Below are positions 29,634-39,481 of a stretch of DNA of 64,000 nt, piece after piece. Below the pieces are notes generated by a model that saw only the letters and a list, made by a program, of their open reading frames with translations, searched no databases and had not been told where the DNA came from. Location of the stretch: the NCBI GenBank assembly GCA_016869675.1, contig VGDP01000008.1, forward strand, positions 5,147 to 69,146, read 5' to 3'. The translations under genes and the position numbers were made by a program. Source of the stretch: Alphaproteobacteria bacterium (GTDB taxonomy: Bacteria > Pseudomonadota > Alphaproteobacteria > SP197). Every line of letters starts with the position of its first letter. Positions within the stretch are counted from its first letter, which is position 1.

Positions 29634-30296
29634 TCAGGGGCCTTCGGGCCCCAGCGCGCGCTCGATCAGGCCGACGATGTCGGGCCACGCCTCGGCGCGG
29701 GCGTGGCTGTCGGGTGCAGGGCCGATCAGCCCCGAAAGGCGCGCGTGGCCGACGAAGTGGATGCGCGTCACGGCCGCGGCGTGGGTCGCGACGTCCGCGT
29801 GGTGCGTCGGGCTGTCGTCGATGAAGAAGACCGGTGCCCCGGCACGACACGCCAGGGCCGCCACGGCCGGACCCTTGGCACCGAGGTTGGCGACCAGTGG
29901 AAGGTCTGTTCCCAGCCGCGCGAGCGCGCGGCAGCGGGCGTCCCGGCAGGCGAGCGGCAGGTTGCTCAGCACCACCACTTGGGTCCGTCGCGCCAGCCGT
30001 GCCAGGCCCTCGGCGGCGCCGTCGATGGCGGCCATGGTCTCGGTATGCCGCGCGAAATAGCGCTCGACCGCGCCCCGAACCTGGTCGGCGGCCAGGGGCG
30101 AATCGTCGGGTCGATGCAACAGATTGCCGTTCAGCCGGTATTCACGCCAGGTGAAGTAGACGCCCTCGGCCCCCAGAAACGCCTCGAAACCGCTCATGAA
30201 GTCGAACAACACCTCGTCCGCGTCGCACACCACCAGCGGCCGCGCTGGGTCAACCGGCACGGCATCGATCTGGCTGGCGACGTCGGGGTGCAGCAT
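29634..30296 (-). CDS. HAD-superfamily hydrolase-like protein
   Basis: Motif I VVCDADEVLF (DxDx[T/V]). About 220 aa. Divergent from divK. Confidence 0.55.
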   Translation of the reverse strand: MLHPDVASQIDAVPVDPARPLVVCDADEVLFDFMSGFEAFLGAEGVYFTWREYRLNGNLLHRPDDSPLAADQVRGAVERYFARHTETMAAIDGAAEGLARLARRTQVVVLSNLPLACRDARCRALARLGTDLPLVANLGAKGPAVAALACRAGAPVFFIDDSPTHHADVATHAAAVTRIHFVGHARLSGLIGPAPDSHARAEAWPDIVGLIERALGPEGP

Positions 30297-30335
30297 GGTG
30301 TCTTCGGGGCCCAATGAGCGCGGCGCCGCGCCGTC

Positions 30336-30351
30336 TTAGCGCAACGTTAAC
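30336..30351 (+). promoter_or_regulatory. CtrA-box-like motif TTAG-N7-TTAAC about 57 nt upstream of divK
   Basis: ttagcgcaacgttaac seen in sequence. One mismatch to the Caulobacter CtrA consensus TTAA-N7-TTAAC. divK is a known CtrA-regulon member in Caulobacter. Confidence 0.35.
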
Positions 30352-30407
30352 TGCACCGCCGCTATACCATCCGAACGGCCTTTCGCAACCGGGGAAAAGG
30401 CGCGCCG

Positions 30408-30820
30408 GTGCCCAAAGCGTCGAAGATTGGCTTTGTCAACTCGGTCGTCGCCGACCGCGCGGCGACGATTCTGGTGATCGAGGACAACGAGCTCAACCGC
30501 AAGCTGTTCCGCGATCTGCTGGGCGCTCATGGCTACGATGCCCTGGTCACGGTCAACGGGAGGAAGGCTTTCGCGTCGCGCGCGAGCGCCAGCCCGACCT
30601 GATCGTCATGGACATCCAGCTTCCCGGCGCGTCGGGCCTGGACGTCACGGGCTGGATCAAGGGCGATCCCGCGACCCGCGAGATCCCGGTCATCGCCGTC
30701 ACGGCCCTGGCCATGTGCGGCGATGAGCAGCGCGTCATGGCGGCAGGGTGCGACGCCTACGTTTCCGAGCCGATCAGCTGCGGTGACTTCCTGGACATTG
30801 TCGCGCGATTCCTTCGCTGA
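30408..30820 (+). pseudogene. divK: DivK-like single-domain response regulator split by a 1-nt frameshift in a G-run (~30566-30569); possible sequencing error
   Basis: Frame 1 gives MPKASK...ILVIEDNELNRKLFRDLLGAHGYDALVTVNG, then a spurious tail ending at 30602. The -1 frame continues EEGFRVARERQPDLIVMDIQLPGASGLDVTGWIKGDP...AVTALAMCGDEQRVMAAGCDAYVSEPIS, matching DivK end to end. Adding one G to aacGGGaggaagg restores VNGEEGFRV. Confidence 0.6.
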
Positions 30821-30833
30821 ACGAGGCGGGGGC

Positions 30834-32198
30834 ATGAGCGCGCGCATCCTCGTGGTCGACGACCAACCGCTCAACATCCGCCTCATGGAGGCGAAACTCG
30901 GCGGCGAGTACTACGACGTCCGCAGCGCCGGCGGTGGCGAGGCGGCGTTGCGCACCATGGCCGAGGACCAGCCCGATCTGACCGTGCTCGACATCATGAT
31001 GCCCGGCATAGACGGCTTCGAGGTGTGTCGACGCATCAAGGCGGATCCGACGATCCAGCACATTCCCGTGGTCATGGCGACGGCCCTTGACGCACCGGAA
31101 CAGCGGGTGCGTGGGCTCGACGCCGGGGCCGACGACTTCCTTACGCGCCCTGTGGACGACCTGGCGTTGTTCGCCCGCATCCGTTCGCTGCTGCGCTGGA
31201 AGCAAACCCACGACGAACTGCGCACGCGGCTTGTCACCTCGCGCGAGTTCGATCTGCTCGACGTCGTCGTCGTCGGCGAGGCCTCGGCGCGGCCGCGCAC
31301 CGCGATCGTCAGCGACTTCTCCATCGAAGCCGATGACATCGCGCGCATCCTGGGCCCCCAGTACGACGTCACCATCGTCGAGGATGTGCCGCAGGCGACG
31401 AGCGTGGTCACCGAGTCCATGTGCGACCTGGCGATCGTCAGCCTGGTGTCCACGACGTTCGATGGTCTGCGCCTGTACTCGTCGATCCGGTCCAACCCGG
31501 CGTCGCGTCAGGTGCCCATCATCGCGATCATCGAGGAGGGCGATCGCGCGCGGCTGGCCAAGGCGCTCAATCTCGGCGTCAGCGACTACGTCGTCGCGCC
31601 GATCGAGGCCAATGAGTTGACGGTGCGTGTGCGCAACCAGGCCCGCCGCTATCGCGCCCACAGTCGGCTGTGCGCCGACTACGAGCGCAGCCTGAGCGCG
31701 GCGGCGAGCGACGTCCTGACCGAGCTCTACGGCCGGCGCTGTCTGTTGTCCCATCTGGCACGCCACCTGGCGGTCAGCGCCGCCGAGGATAAGCCGCTGG
31801 CGGTGGTCATGGTCGACGTCGACCATTTCAAGGCGATCAACGACCGGCACGGCCACCTGTGCGGCGACCGCGTGCTGCAAGAGATCGCCCGGCGCATCGA
31901 GCACGAGGTACGCGTCACGGACCTTGCCGCGCGCTACGGCGGCGAGGAGTTCACTGTCGTCATGCCGGCGACCGACGAGCCGACCGCCAGCGCCGTCGCC
32001 GAGAGGGTGTGCAACGCCATCCACGCGCGCGCCATCGTGGTCAAGGACCCACGGGTGACCTTGCCGGTGACGGTCAGCATCAGCGTCGCCATCCGGGCCA
32101 AGGGCGACGACGTGGAGGCGATTCTGGATCGCGCCGACAAGGCGCTCTACCGCGCCAAGAGCGTGGGCCGCAACCGGGTCGTGGCCGCGACCGCCTGA
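30834..32198 (+). CDS. pleD: Response regulator / diguanylate cyclase PleD (REC-REC-GGDEF)
   Basis: Two receiver domains (ILVVDDQPLNIRL..., DLAIVSL...). The GGDEF domain has RYGGEEF and an upstream RxxD I-site-like region. Conserved divK-pleD arrangement. Confidence 0.85.
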   Translation: MSARILVVDDQPLNIRLMEAKLGGEYYDVRSAGGGEAALRTMAEDQPDLTVLDIMMPGIDGFEVCRRIKADPTIQHIPVVMATALDAPEQRVRGLDAGADDFLTRPVDDLALFARIRSLLRWKQTHDELRTRLVTSREFDLLDVVVVGEASARPRTAIVSDFSIEADDIARILGPQYDVTIVEDVPQATSVVTESMCDLAIVSLVSTTFDGLRLYSSIRSNPASRQVPIIAIIEEGDRARLAKALNLGVSDYVVAPIEANELTVRVRNQARRYRAHSRLCADYERSLSAAASDVLTELYGRRCLLSHLARHLAVSAAEDKPLAVVMVDVDHFKAINDRHGHLCGDRVLQEIARRIEHEVRVTDLAARYGGEEFTVVMPATDEPTASAVAERVCNAIHARAIVVKDPRVTLPVTVSISVAIRAKGDDVEAILDRADKALYRAKSVGRNRVVAATA

Positions 32199-32223
32199 CG
32201 CGCGAGCGGCGCCCGGCCCGCGC

Positions 32224-32390
32224 TACTTCAGCTTGGTTTCCTTGAACGCGACGTGCTTGCGCGCGACCGGGTCGTACTTCCGGAAGCTCAGCTTCTCGGT
32301 CAGCTTCTTCGGGTTCTTCTTCGCGACATAGAAGAAGCCGGTGTCCGCCGTGCTTTCCAGCTTGATCAGAATGGTGTTGGGCTTGGCCAT
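32224..32390 (-). CDS. rpmG: 50S ribosomal protein L33 (55 aa, Cys-less form)
   Basis: My own translation: [55 protein letters not shown]. Below the ORF-track size cut-off. Confidence 0.85.
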
Positions 32391-32444
32391 GGCCGGGTCC
32401 TGGATCCTGGGTTCGGCGCGACCATAGCGGCCGTGCCGCGCGAG

Positions 32445-33608
32445 TCAAGACTTGGCCGCCTCGGCCGGGCGAAAGATCAGGAGTACCAAGTACATGGTAC
32501 ACGCCGTAGCGACCACGGCGACCATGCCGTGGGGGTCCCAGGCGTCCATGGCCGCGCCGCCGATCGTGGGGCCGACCGTGCTGCCGATGCCGAACATGAC
32601 GACGAACACCGTGTTCGCGGTCAGAAGGTCGGGGCCGTCGTAACGCCGGCCCAGCAGCACCATGCCGACCGTGAAGAAGCCGCCCATGACACCACCCCAC
32701 ACGCACAGGACGGCGATCAGCGCCAGGCGAATGTCGATCACGAAAGGAAGCACGACGGCCGCGAGAGCCGCGACGATCGTACATCCGACCAAGACACGCG
32801 CTGGGCGCACCCGATCGCACAGCCAGCCGATGAGTAACTGACACCCAATGGCACCAATCACGGTGAGCGAGATCAGGCGCGCGATGGTGCCTTCGTCGAG
32901 GCCCGAGCGAAGCCCGTAGACCGGGAAAAGCGCCAGCACGATGACGTCGACGAAGCCGTACATCGCGCCGGCCAGCATGATCGCCGGCGTGGCGCGCAGG
33001 AACGTCAGGATGCTGCCGGAGGGGCGGCCCTCGAGCGCCGGTCCGACCCGCCGCACGAGCCACAGCGGAACGGCGGCGAGCGCCGCGCACGCGACACCGC
33101 CCAGAAACGGCGCCCAACCCTGGGAGCCGACCGCGTCGATGATCAGCGGACCACCCGCGAAGCCCAGGAAACCGAACGCGGTGTAAACGCCCAGGATGCG
33201 GCCCCGTTGTCGTTCGGGCGCGAGCTGGATGACCCAGGCATCCGACAGGATGAACAGGATTTCGACGCCCGCACCCAGCAGGAATCGCAGCACGAGCCAC
33301 GAGGCGTAGCTCTCCCACGCTGCCATGGCGAGCAGCACGGCGATCGAGTTGGCCACGGCCAGCAACATCAGCCGGGTGGCGCCGACGGCTCGCGCGAGCC
33401 ACGGCACCACGGGCGCGATGATGATCATCGCCGCGGTCTGCGCCGCGGTGCTGAGGCCGATCGCCGTGCCGGCGTGGCCCATGGCCTCGAGCCGGAACGA
33501 CAGCAGCGGCCAAACCAGACCCGACATCATGGTGACGATGGCCCCGGCGCCCATCACGGCGGCGAGGCTCAGCAGGCGACCGGGCGCTCCGTCATTCGTA
33601 GATGACAT
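32445..33608 (-). CDS. MFS transporter
   Basis: About 12 TM helices, MFS-type repeats. Start is uncertain because the track ORF overlaps the NUDIX gene by 35 nt. Confidence 0.75.
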   Translation of the reverse strand: MSSTNDGAPGRLLSLAAVMGAGAIVTMMSGLVWPLLSFRLEAMGHAGTAIGLSTAAQTAAMIIIAPVVPWLARAVGATRLMLLAVANSIAVLLAMAAWESYASWLVLRFLLGAGVEILFILSDAWVIQLAPERQRGRILGVYTAFGFLGFAGGPLIIDAVGSQGWAPFLGGVACAALAAVPLWLVRRVGPALEGRPSGSILTFLRATPAIMLAGAMYGFVDVIVLALFPVYGLRSGLDEGTIARLISLTVIGAIGCQLLIGWLCDRVRPARVLVGCTIVAALAAVVLPFVIDIRLALIAVLCVWGGVMGGFFTVGMVLLGRRYDGPDLLTANTVFVVMFGIGSTVGPTIGGAAMDAWDPHGMVAVVATACTMYLVLLIFRPAEAAKS

Positions 33609-34281
33609 GGGCGGTGCCACCGACATAGTGCCACAGCGGTATGCGCTGCCCGGCTTCGCCGGCCAGATGGGCGGCCACGGTGCGCAGCACGAACTCGGTG
33701 ACGTCGACGATGGGCAGGATGCGTGTCGCTTCGGTCAGCCGCACCCAGCGCAGATCCAAGAGCTCGCTCTGAGGCAACAGATTGCCGCGTGCGTGTTCGG
33801 CGTCGGCCATGAAGAACCGGGTGTTGAAACGTCGCGGCGACATGGTCGGCGTGATCGCGCGCGCGACGTAGCGCAGGCGACCCATGCCCGGGGCCGCGCG
33901 TGCTTGCGTCAGCGCGTGCCACAGCGGCGATTCCGCGTGGCCGGTCGGCGCCCGCCAGGTCGGGTCGTCCTCGGCGATCAGAAGGCCGGTCTCCTCGAAC
34001 GTCTCGCGGATCGCGGCAACCAGCAGACCGTGCGGCGGCGTGCTGCCGCGCCGCCGGGTCAACGACTCCGAGACGACGTCGGGCAGTGTCATGGCGCGGC
34101 CGGCGGCGATATCGGACGGGTCGACCCGGCCACCCGGGAAGACATAGATGTTAGGCAGGAACGCGGCCTTGCGCCGCCGCCGTCCCATCAGCACCTCGGC
34201 CGCCGGACCGGCGCCGCGCACCAGCACGACGCTGGCGGCGTCGCGGGGTCGCACGGGCTTGGGGCGCTCGGGCATGGTCAT
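33592..34281 (-). CDS. NUDIX hydrolase (CoA pyrophosphatase-like)
   Basis: NUDIX box region GGRVDPSD...AAIRETFEETGL (REx2EE). Confidence 0.7.
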   Translation of the reverse strand: MTMPERPKPVRPRDAASVVLVRGAGPAAEVLMGRRRRKAAFLPNIYVFPGGRVDPSDIAAGRAMTLPDVVSESLTRRRGSTPPHGLLVAAIRETFEETGLLIAEDDPTWRAPTGHAESPLWHALTQARAAPGMGRLRYVARAITPTMSPRRFNTRFFMADAEHARGNLLPQSELLDLRWVRLTEATRILPIVDVTEFVLRTVAAHLAGEAGQRIPLWHYVGGTAHVIYE

Positions 34282-34313
34282 GGGTCAAGGGGGCGCCGGA
34301 CGCGCCCGAACGA

Positions 34314-34580
34314 TCAGGGTTCGGCGTCGCCGCCCAGCGCGCGCCGGCCCGCGTCGGTCAGCCGGCAGACGAGCCAATCGGGCTTGATCGGGTTGGCAAT
34401 CCAGGGCTCGGCCCAGCCCTGGCGCAGGCACGCCTGCACGGTGCGCGGGTCCACCTGTTGGCCGTCGCCGTCGAACAGCGGCAGTTTGCCGCCGGGCTCG
34501 CCCAGCCCGCGCGCGAGCCAGCGACGCTGGGCGTCGGTCGGTCGGGTCTCGGTACGCGACCGTGCGGCCTCGGCTGCCAT
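34314..34580 (-). CDS. DUF983 domain protein
   Basis: 88 aa, between the NUDIX gene and rnr as in other alphaproteobacteria. Family call from memory. Confidence 0.5.
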   Translation of the reverse strand: MAAEAARSRTETRPTDAQRRWLARGLGEPGGKLPLFDGDGQQVDPRTVQACLRQGWAEPWIANPIKPDWLVCRLTDAGRRALGGDAEP

Positions 34581-34608
34581 AGATGCTCCCCGGCACCCTT
34601 ATAGCCGA

Positions 34609-36759
34609 TCAACGTCGCTTCGTGCCACGGCCTCGCCGACGTGGCCCCGCCTCGGCCGGGTCGAAGCGCAAGCTGGCGGTCAGTGTGTCGATTTCGACCA
34701 GTTCCACGTCCAGGGGATCGCCGACACGCATCGTTATCCCGCGCCCTTCCAGGACGAAGCCGCCGGGATCGGCGTGGAACGGGCCGCCGTGCAGGCGGCT
34801 GGCCGGCACCAAGCCCTCGGCGCCGGTCTCCTCCAGACGGACGAACACGCCGAAGCGCCCGACACCCGTGATGCGCGCGGCGAACGTGGCGCCCACCTGA
34901 TCCGCCAGGAAACCGACCAGGTAGCGGTCGATCGCGTCGCGCGTCGCGCGGTCCGCCCGTCGTTCGGTGGTCGTGATGTGCAGGCCGGTCGCCGGGTACG
35001 CGGCGGCCTCGGCGTCGCTCTGGCCGTCCGGGCCCAGGCCCAGTCCGGCGATCAGCGCGCGGTGGACCAGCAGGTCGGCGTAGCGCCGGATGGGCGAGGT
35101 GAAGTGGCAGTAGCGGCGCAGGGCCAGGCCAAAATGCCCGATGTTCTCGGGGTTGTACTCGGCCTGCGCCTGGCTGCGCAGGATCGCCTCGTGGACGGTC
35201 GGGCCATAGGCCTTGTCGTGCACGGCGTGCAGCAGGCCCTTGAAATCGCGTGCACTCAGCCGCTGGCCAGGCTTGAGCTTCAAGCCGAAGGCGTCGAGCA
35301 CCTCGCGCAACGCCTCGACCTTGGCCGCCGCCGGCTGGTCGTGGACCCGGTACATGGCCGGGCGCCGGCGCGATTCCAGGGTCTCGGCCGCGGCCACGTT
35401 GGCCGCGATCATCAGCTCCTCGATCAGGCGATGGCTGTCGAAGCGCGGCCGGGGCCGGATGGCCACCACGCGGCCCTCGGCGTCCAGGTGCACGCGCCGT
35501 TCTGGCAGGTCGATGTCGAGCGCGCCGCGTTGTTCGCGGGCCGCGCGCAAGGCACGGTAGAGATCGTAGAGCGGCGCGATCGGCAGGCGATCGGGCGCGC
35601 CGCCATGATCGGCCCAGTCCTGCACCTGGCGGTAGGTCAGGCGCGCGGCCGAGCGCATCAGGCCGCGCACGAAGCGGTGGCGGATCAGGTGCCCGTCCGC
35701 GCCGAAGGCGAGCTCGACCGCCAGGCAGGGGCGCGGCTCGTCGGACTTCAGCGAGCAGAGCTCGTTCGACAGCGCCTCGGGCAGCATGGGCACGACACGG
35801 TTGGGGAAGTACGCCGAGTTGCCGCGCTCGCGGGCCTCGCGGTCCAGCGCGCTGCCCGGCCGCACGTAGTGGGCCACGTCGGCGATGGCCACCAGGGCGT
35901 TCCAGCCGCCGCCCTGGGCCGCCTCGGCCCACACCGCGTCGTCGAAGTCGCGGGCGTCGTCGTCGTCGATGGTGACCAGGGCCGTGGCGCGCAGGTCCGC
36001 GCGCTTGCCTGGCGTGATCACCGGCTTGGCGCGCTGCGCCTCGGTCAGCGCGGCCTCGCCGAACACCGTGGGCAAGCCGTGGCTCGCGATGGCGATCAGG
36101 CTGGCGACCTTGGGCTGGTCCGGCGCGCCCAGCACCTCGACCACGCGCGCCTCGGGCAGGCCCAGCCGTCGCCCGGGCAGCGGCTCGGCCAGCACCAGTT
36201 CGCCGGCGCGCGCGGGATTCGGGCACGAGAGCGAGAAATCGCCGCCGAGCCGGCGGTTGGTCGGGCTGAGCCGCGCCCCGCCGGGCACGGCGCGCACCAG
36301 GCCCACGATGTGGCCTTCGGCGCGCGGCAGGCGTCGCATCACGTGGCCGAGCCAGCCGCCCTCGCGCGACCGGCGCAGGCGCAGCAGCACTCGTTCCTTG
36401 GGGCCGGGGGCGCGGCCGCGCACCGCGTCGGGCAGCACCAGGATGCGCGGCGCGGCGCCGGGGCCAGGCCAGGCGACCGGCTCGGCCCATGGCTCGCCGT
36501 CCTCGTCGATCGCCACGATCTCGGCGACGGTGAATTCCTCGAGCGCGCCGGGTGCCGCGAAGCCGCGCGTGCGCCGCCGCTCCAGGGCGCCGGTATCGGC
36601 CAGGTCGCGCAGCAGGGCCTTCAGCGCGACGCGGTCCGAGCCCTTGATGCCGAAGGCGCGCGCGATCTCCTGCTTGCCGACGCGGCCGGGTGCCTCGCGG
36701 ATGAACTCGAGCAGGGCCTCGCGCGTGGGCAGTCCGGGGGCGCGCTTGGCGCGGGCCAC
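34609..36759 (-). CDS. rnr: Ribonuclease R
   Basis: 716 aa with an RNB catalytic domain and a C-terminal S1 domain with a basic tail (RRRGRGTKRR). Confidence 0.9.
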   Translation of the reverse strand: MARAKRAPGLPTREALLEFIREAPGRVGKQEIARAFGIKGSDRVALKALLRDLADTGALERRRTRGFAAPGALEEFTVAEIVAIDEDGEPWAEPVAWPGPGAAPRILVLPDAVRGRAPGPKERVLLRLRRSREGGWLGHVMRRLPRAEGHIVGLVRAVPGGARLSPTNRRLGGDFSLSCPNPARAGELVLAEPLPGRRLGLPEARVVEVLGAPDQPKVASLIAIASHGLPTVFGEAALTEAQRAKPVITPGKRADLRATALVTIDDDDARDFDDAVWAEAAQGGGWNALVAIADVAHYVRPGSALDREARERGNSAYFPNRVVPMLPEALSNELCSLKSDEPRPCLAVELAFGADGHLIRHRFVRGLMRSAARLTYRQVQDWADHGGAPDRLPIAPLYDLYRALRAAREQRGALDIDLPERRVHLDAEGRVVAIRPRPRFDSHRLIEELMIAANVAAAETLESRRRPAMYRVHDQPAAAKVEALREVLDAFGLKLKPGQRLSARDFKGLLHAVHDKAYGPTVHEAILRSQAQAEYNPENIGHFGLALRRYCHFTSPIRRYADLLVHRALIAGLGLGPDGQSDAEAAAYPATGLHITTTERRADRATRDAIDRYLVGFLADQVGATFAARITGVGRFGVFVRLEETGAEGLVPASRLHGGPFHADPGGFVLEGRGITMRVGDPLDVELVEIDTLTASLRFDPAEAGPRRRGRGTKRR

Positions 36760-36762
36760 CGG

Positions 36763-39441
36763 TCAGACCGACCGCGCGCCCTTGGCGCGCGGCTTCGTCG
36801 TGCCCGCCGCCTTGGCTCTGGCCGCGGGCTTGGCGCCTTTGGTCGCGCGCGGCGCCTTGGCGGGGGTCTTGGCCGCCTTCGCACCGCTTGCCTTGCCCGC
36901 CGTGACCCGACCCTTGGCGGCCCGGCCGCGCTTGGCGCCACCCTTGGCCGCGCGCGCCGCGACCAGCGCCACCGCCTCCTCGAGCGTGACGTCCTCCACA
37001 GCGCGATCCTTCGGCACGCTCGCGAACGTGCGGCCGTGCTGGATGTACGGCCCATAGCGACCCGACTTGATGACCAAGGGCTGACTGTCCTCGGGGTGCG
37101 CGCCCAGCTCGCGCAGCACCTCGCCCTGGGCGCGGCGGGGCTTGGCGTTGGCGATCACGTCCATGGCGCGGTTCAGACCGATGGTCAGCACGTCCTCGCC
37201 GGCGGGCAGTCCGACATAGCGATCGCCCAGCCGCAGGTAGGGGCCGAACCGGCCGATGCCGGCCTGGATCGCCTCGCCGCTCTCGGGGTGATGCCCAACG
37301 GTGCGCGGCAGCGCCAGCAGCGCCAACGCCGTGTCCAGGTCCACGCCGTCGGCGGCGGTGCCCTTGGGCAGCGACACGCGCTTGGGCTTGGCCTCGCCGC
37401 CAGTCGCGCCGAGCTGGACGTAGTCGCCGTAGGGGCCTTGGCGCACGGAGACCGGCAGGCTGGTCGTCGGGTCGGGGCCGAGTTCGCGCGGGCCCTCGTC
37501 GGCGCCGTTGCCCTCGCCGTTGCCGGCCACGGCGAGGCGCCGGGTGTAGCGGCACTCGGGGTAGTTGGAACAGCCGATGAAGGCGCCGAAGCGGCCGAGC
37601 TTCAGGCTCAGCCGGCCTTCGCCGCAGCCCGGGCAGCGGCGCGGGTCGACGGCCGGGTCGTTCGACGTGAAGAAGTGCGGGCCGAGCAGCGCGTCCAGCG
37701 CGTCCAGCACGTCCTTGACGCGCAGCTCGCGGGTGTCCTCGACCGCGCCCGAGAACTCGCGCCAGAACGCGCGCAGCACGTCCTTCCAATCGACGCGGCC
37801 GTTGGACACCTCGTCGAGCCGGTCCTCGAGGTCGGCGGTGAAGCCGTACTCCACGTAGCGCCGGAAGAAGCTCTCCAGGAACGCGGTGACCAGGCGGCCG
37901 CGATCCTCGGGGACGAAGCGCTTGCGCTCGAGGCGCACATAATCGCGGTCCTGCAGCACCGAGATGATCGAGGCGTAGGTCGACGGCCGACCGATGCCCA
38001 GCTCCTCGAGCTTGCGCACTAGACTCGCCTCCGTGTAGCGCGGCGGCGGCTCGGTCATGTGCTGCTCGGGCCGAACGCCGCCAAGGCTCAACTCCTGGCC
38101 TGGCGCCAGGGCCGGCAGCATGCGGCCGTCCTCGTCGCCGTCGGCGTCGTCGCGGCCCTCCTCGTAGAGCTTGAGGAAGCCGTCGAAGGCGATGCGCGAG
38201 CCCGTGGTGCGCAAGGCCGCGGCGCCGTGGCCGGCGTCGATGTCGGCGCTCATGCGGTCGTAGACGGCGCTGGTCATCTGGCTGGCCAGCGTGCGTTTCC
38301 AGATCAGCTCGTAGAGCCGCGCCTGATCGCCATCGAGCGCGCGGCCGACTCTGCCCGGCCGGCGCTCGAGCGAGGTGGGACGGATCGCCTCGTGGGCTTC
38401 CTGGGCGTTCTTGGCGGTGGCGCTGTAGGCACGCGGCTCACGCGGGCGATAGGCGTCGCCGTAGTCCCGGGCGATGACCTCGCGCGCCTCGCGGACCGCC
38501 TCGCGCGAGATGGCCACGCTGTCGGTCCGCATGTACGTGATCAGGCCGACCCGCTCGCCGTCCAGGTCGATGCCTTCGTAAAGCTGCTGGGCGAGCTGCA
38601 TGGTGCGCTTGGCGCCCAGGCCCAGCTTGCGCGACGCCTCCTGCTGCAGGGTCGAGGTGGTGAAGGGCGGCGGCGGGTTGCGCAGCACGTCCTTGCGCTC
38701 GACGTTGCGCACGACGAACCCGTCCTCCGCGAGCACGGCCGCCGCCGCTTGCGCAGCGGCCTCGTTGGCTAGGTCGAACTTGTCCAGCTTGGCGCCATTC
38801 AGGTGGGTCAGGCGCGCGGCGAACCGCTCGTCGCCGCGGGTGATCAGGTCGGCATCGACCGTCCAGTACTCGCGCGGGCGGAACGCCTCGATCTCGGCCT
38901 CGCGCTCGCAGATCAGGCGCAGCGCCACCGATTGCACGCGCCCGGCCGAGCGCGCGCCGGGCAGCTTGCGCCACAAGACCGGCGACAGGGTGAAGCCGAC
39001 CAGGTAGTCGAGCGCCCGGCGCGCCTGCTGGGCGTTGACCAGGTCCGGGTCGATGGTGCGCGGGTGAGCGATTGCCTGGGTCACCGCGCTCTTGGTGATC
39101 TCGTGGAACGCGACCCGGTGCACCGGCTTGCCGCGCATGGCGTTGTGGCTCTTGAGCGCCTCGAGCACGTGCCAGGCGATGGCCTCGCCCTCGCGGTCCG
39201 GGTCGGTCGCCAGGTAGAGCGCCTCGGCCTTGCCGAGCGCGTCGGCGATCGCCTTCAGGTTTTTGGCCGCGCGCGCCTCGACCTCGTAGGTCATGGCGAA
39301 GTCGTCGTCGGGACGCACCGAGCCGTCCTTGGCCGGCAGGTCGCGCACGTGGCCATAGCTGGCCAGCACGGCGTAGCCGGGGCCCAGGTACTTCTCCAGG
39401 GTCCGCGCCTTGGTGGGCGATTCGACGACGACGACGTTCAT
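36763..39441 (-). CDS. topA: DNA topoisomerase I
   Basis: TOPRIM N-terminus (VVVESPTKARTLEKYLG), active-site Tyr region, C-terminal Zn-ribbon/basic repeats. 892 aa. Confidence 0.95.
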   Translation of the reverse strand: MNVVVVESPTKARTLEKYLGPGYAVLASYGHVRDLPAKDGSVRPDDDFAMTYEVEARAAKNLKAIADALGKAEALYLATDPDREGEAIAWHVLEALKSHNAMRGKPVHRVAFHEITKSAVTQAIAHPRTIDPDLVNAQQARRALDYLVGFTLSPVLWRKLPGARSAGRVQSVALRLICEREAEIEAFRPREYWTVDADLITRGDERFAARLTHLNGAKLDKFDLANEAAAQAAAAVLAEDGFVVRNVERKDVLRNPPPPFTTSTLQQEASRKLGLGAKRTMQLAQQLYEGIDLDGERVGLITYMRTDSVAISREAVREAREVIARDYGDAYRPREPRAYSATAKNAQEAHEAIRPTSLERRPGRVGRALDGDQARLYELIWKRTLASQMTSAVYDRMSADIDAGHGAAALRTTGSRIAFDGFLKLYEEGRDDADGDEDGRMLPALAPGQELSLGGVRPEQHMTEPPPRYTEASLVRKLEELGIGRPSTYASIISVLQDRDYVRLERKRFVPEDRGRLVTAFLESFFRRYVEYGFTADLEDRLDEVSNGRVDWKDVLRAFWREFSGAVEDTRELRVKDVLDALDALLGPHFFTSNDPAVDPRRCPGCGEGRLSLKLGRFGAFIGCSNYPECRYTRRLAVAGNGEGNGADEGPRELGPDPTTSLPVSVRQGPYGDYVQLGATGGEAKPKRVSLPKGTAADGVDLDTALALLALPRTVGHHPESGEAIQAGIGRFGPYLRLGDRYVGLPAGEDVLTIGLNRAMDVIANAKPRRAQGEVLRELGAHPEDSQPLVIKSGRYGPYIQHGRTFASVPKDRAVEDVTLEEAVALVAARAAKGGAKRGRAAKGRVTAGKASGAKAAKTPAKAPRATKGAKPAARAKAAGTTKPRAKGARSV

Positions 39442-39481
39442 CGTGGGATGGTCCGTTGGCGCGTAGAGGAGGGCCTTGGCG

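Noticed and set aside
33325-38022. 1565-aa plus-strand ORF, the longest in the track
   Set aside because: It lies entirely antisense to rnr and topA, whose products have unmistakable domain content. Its translation is low-complexity (Ala/Arg/Gly-rich). It is the stop-codon-poor antisense frame typical of 70 % GC DNA.
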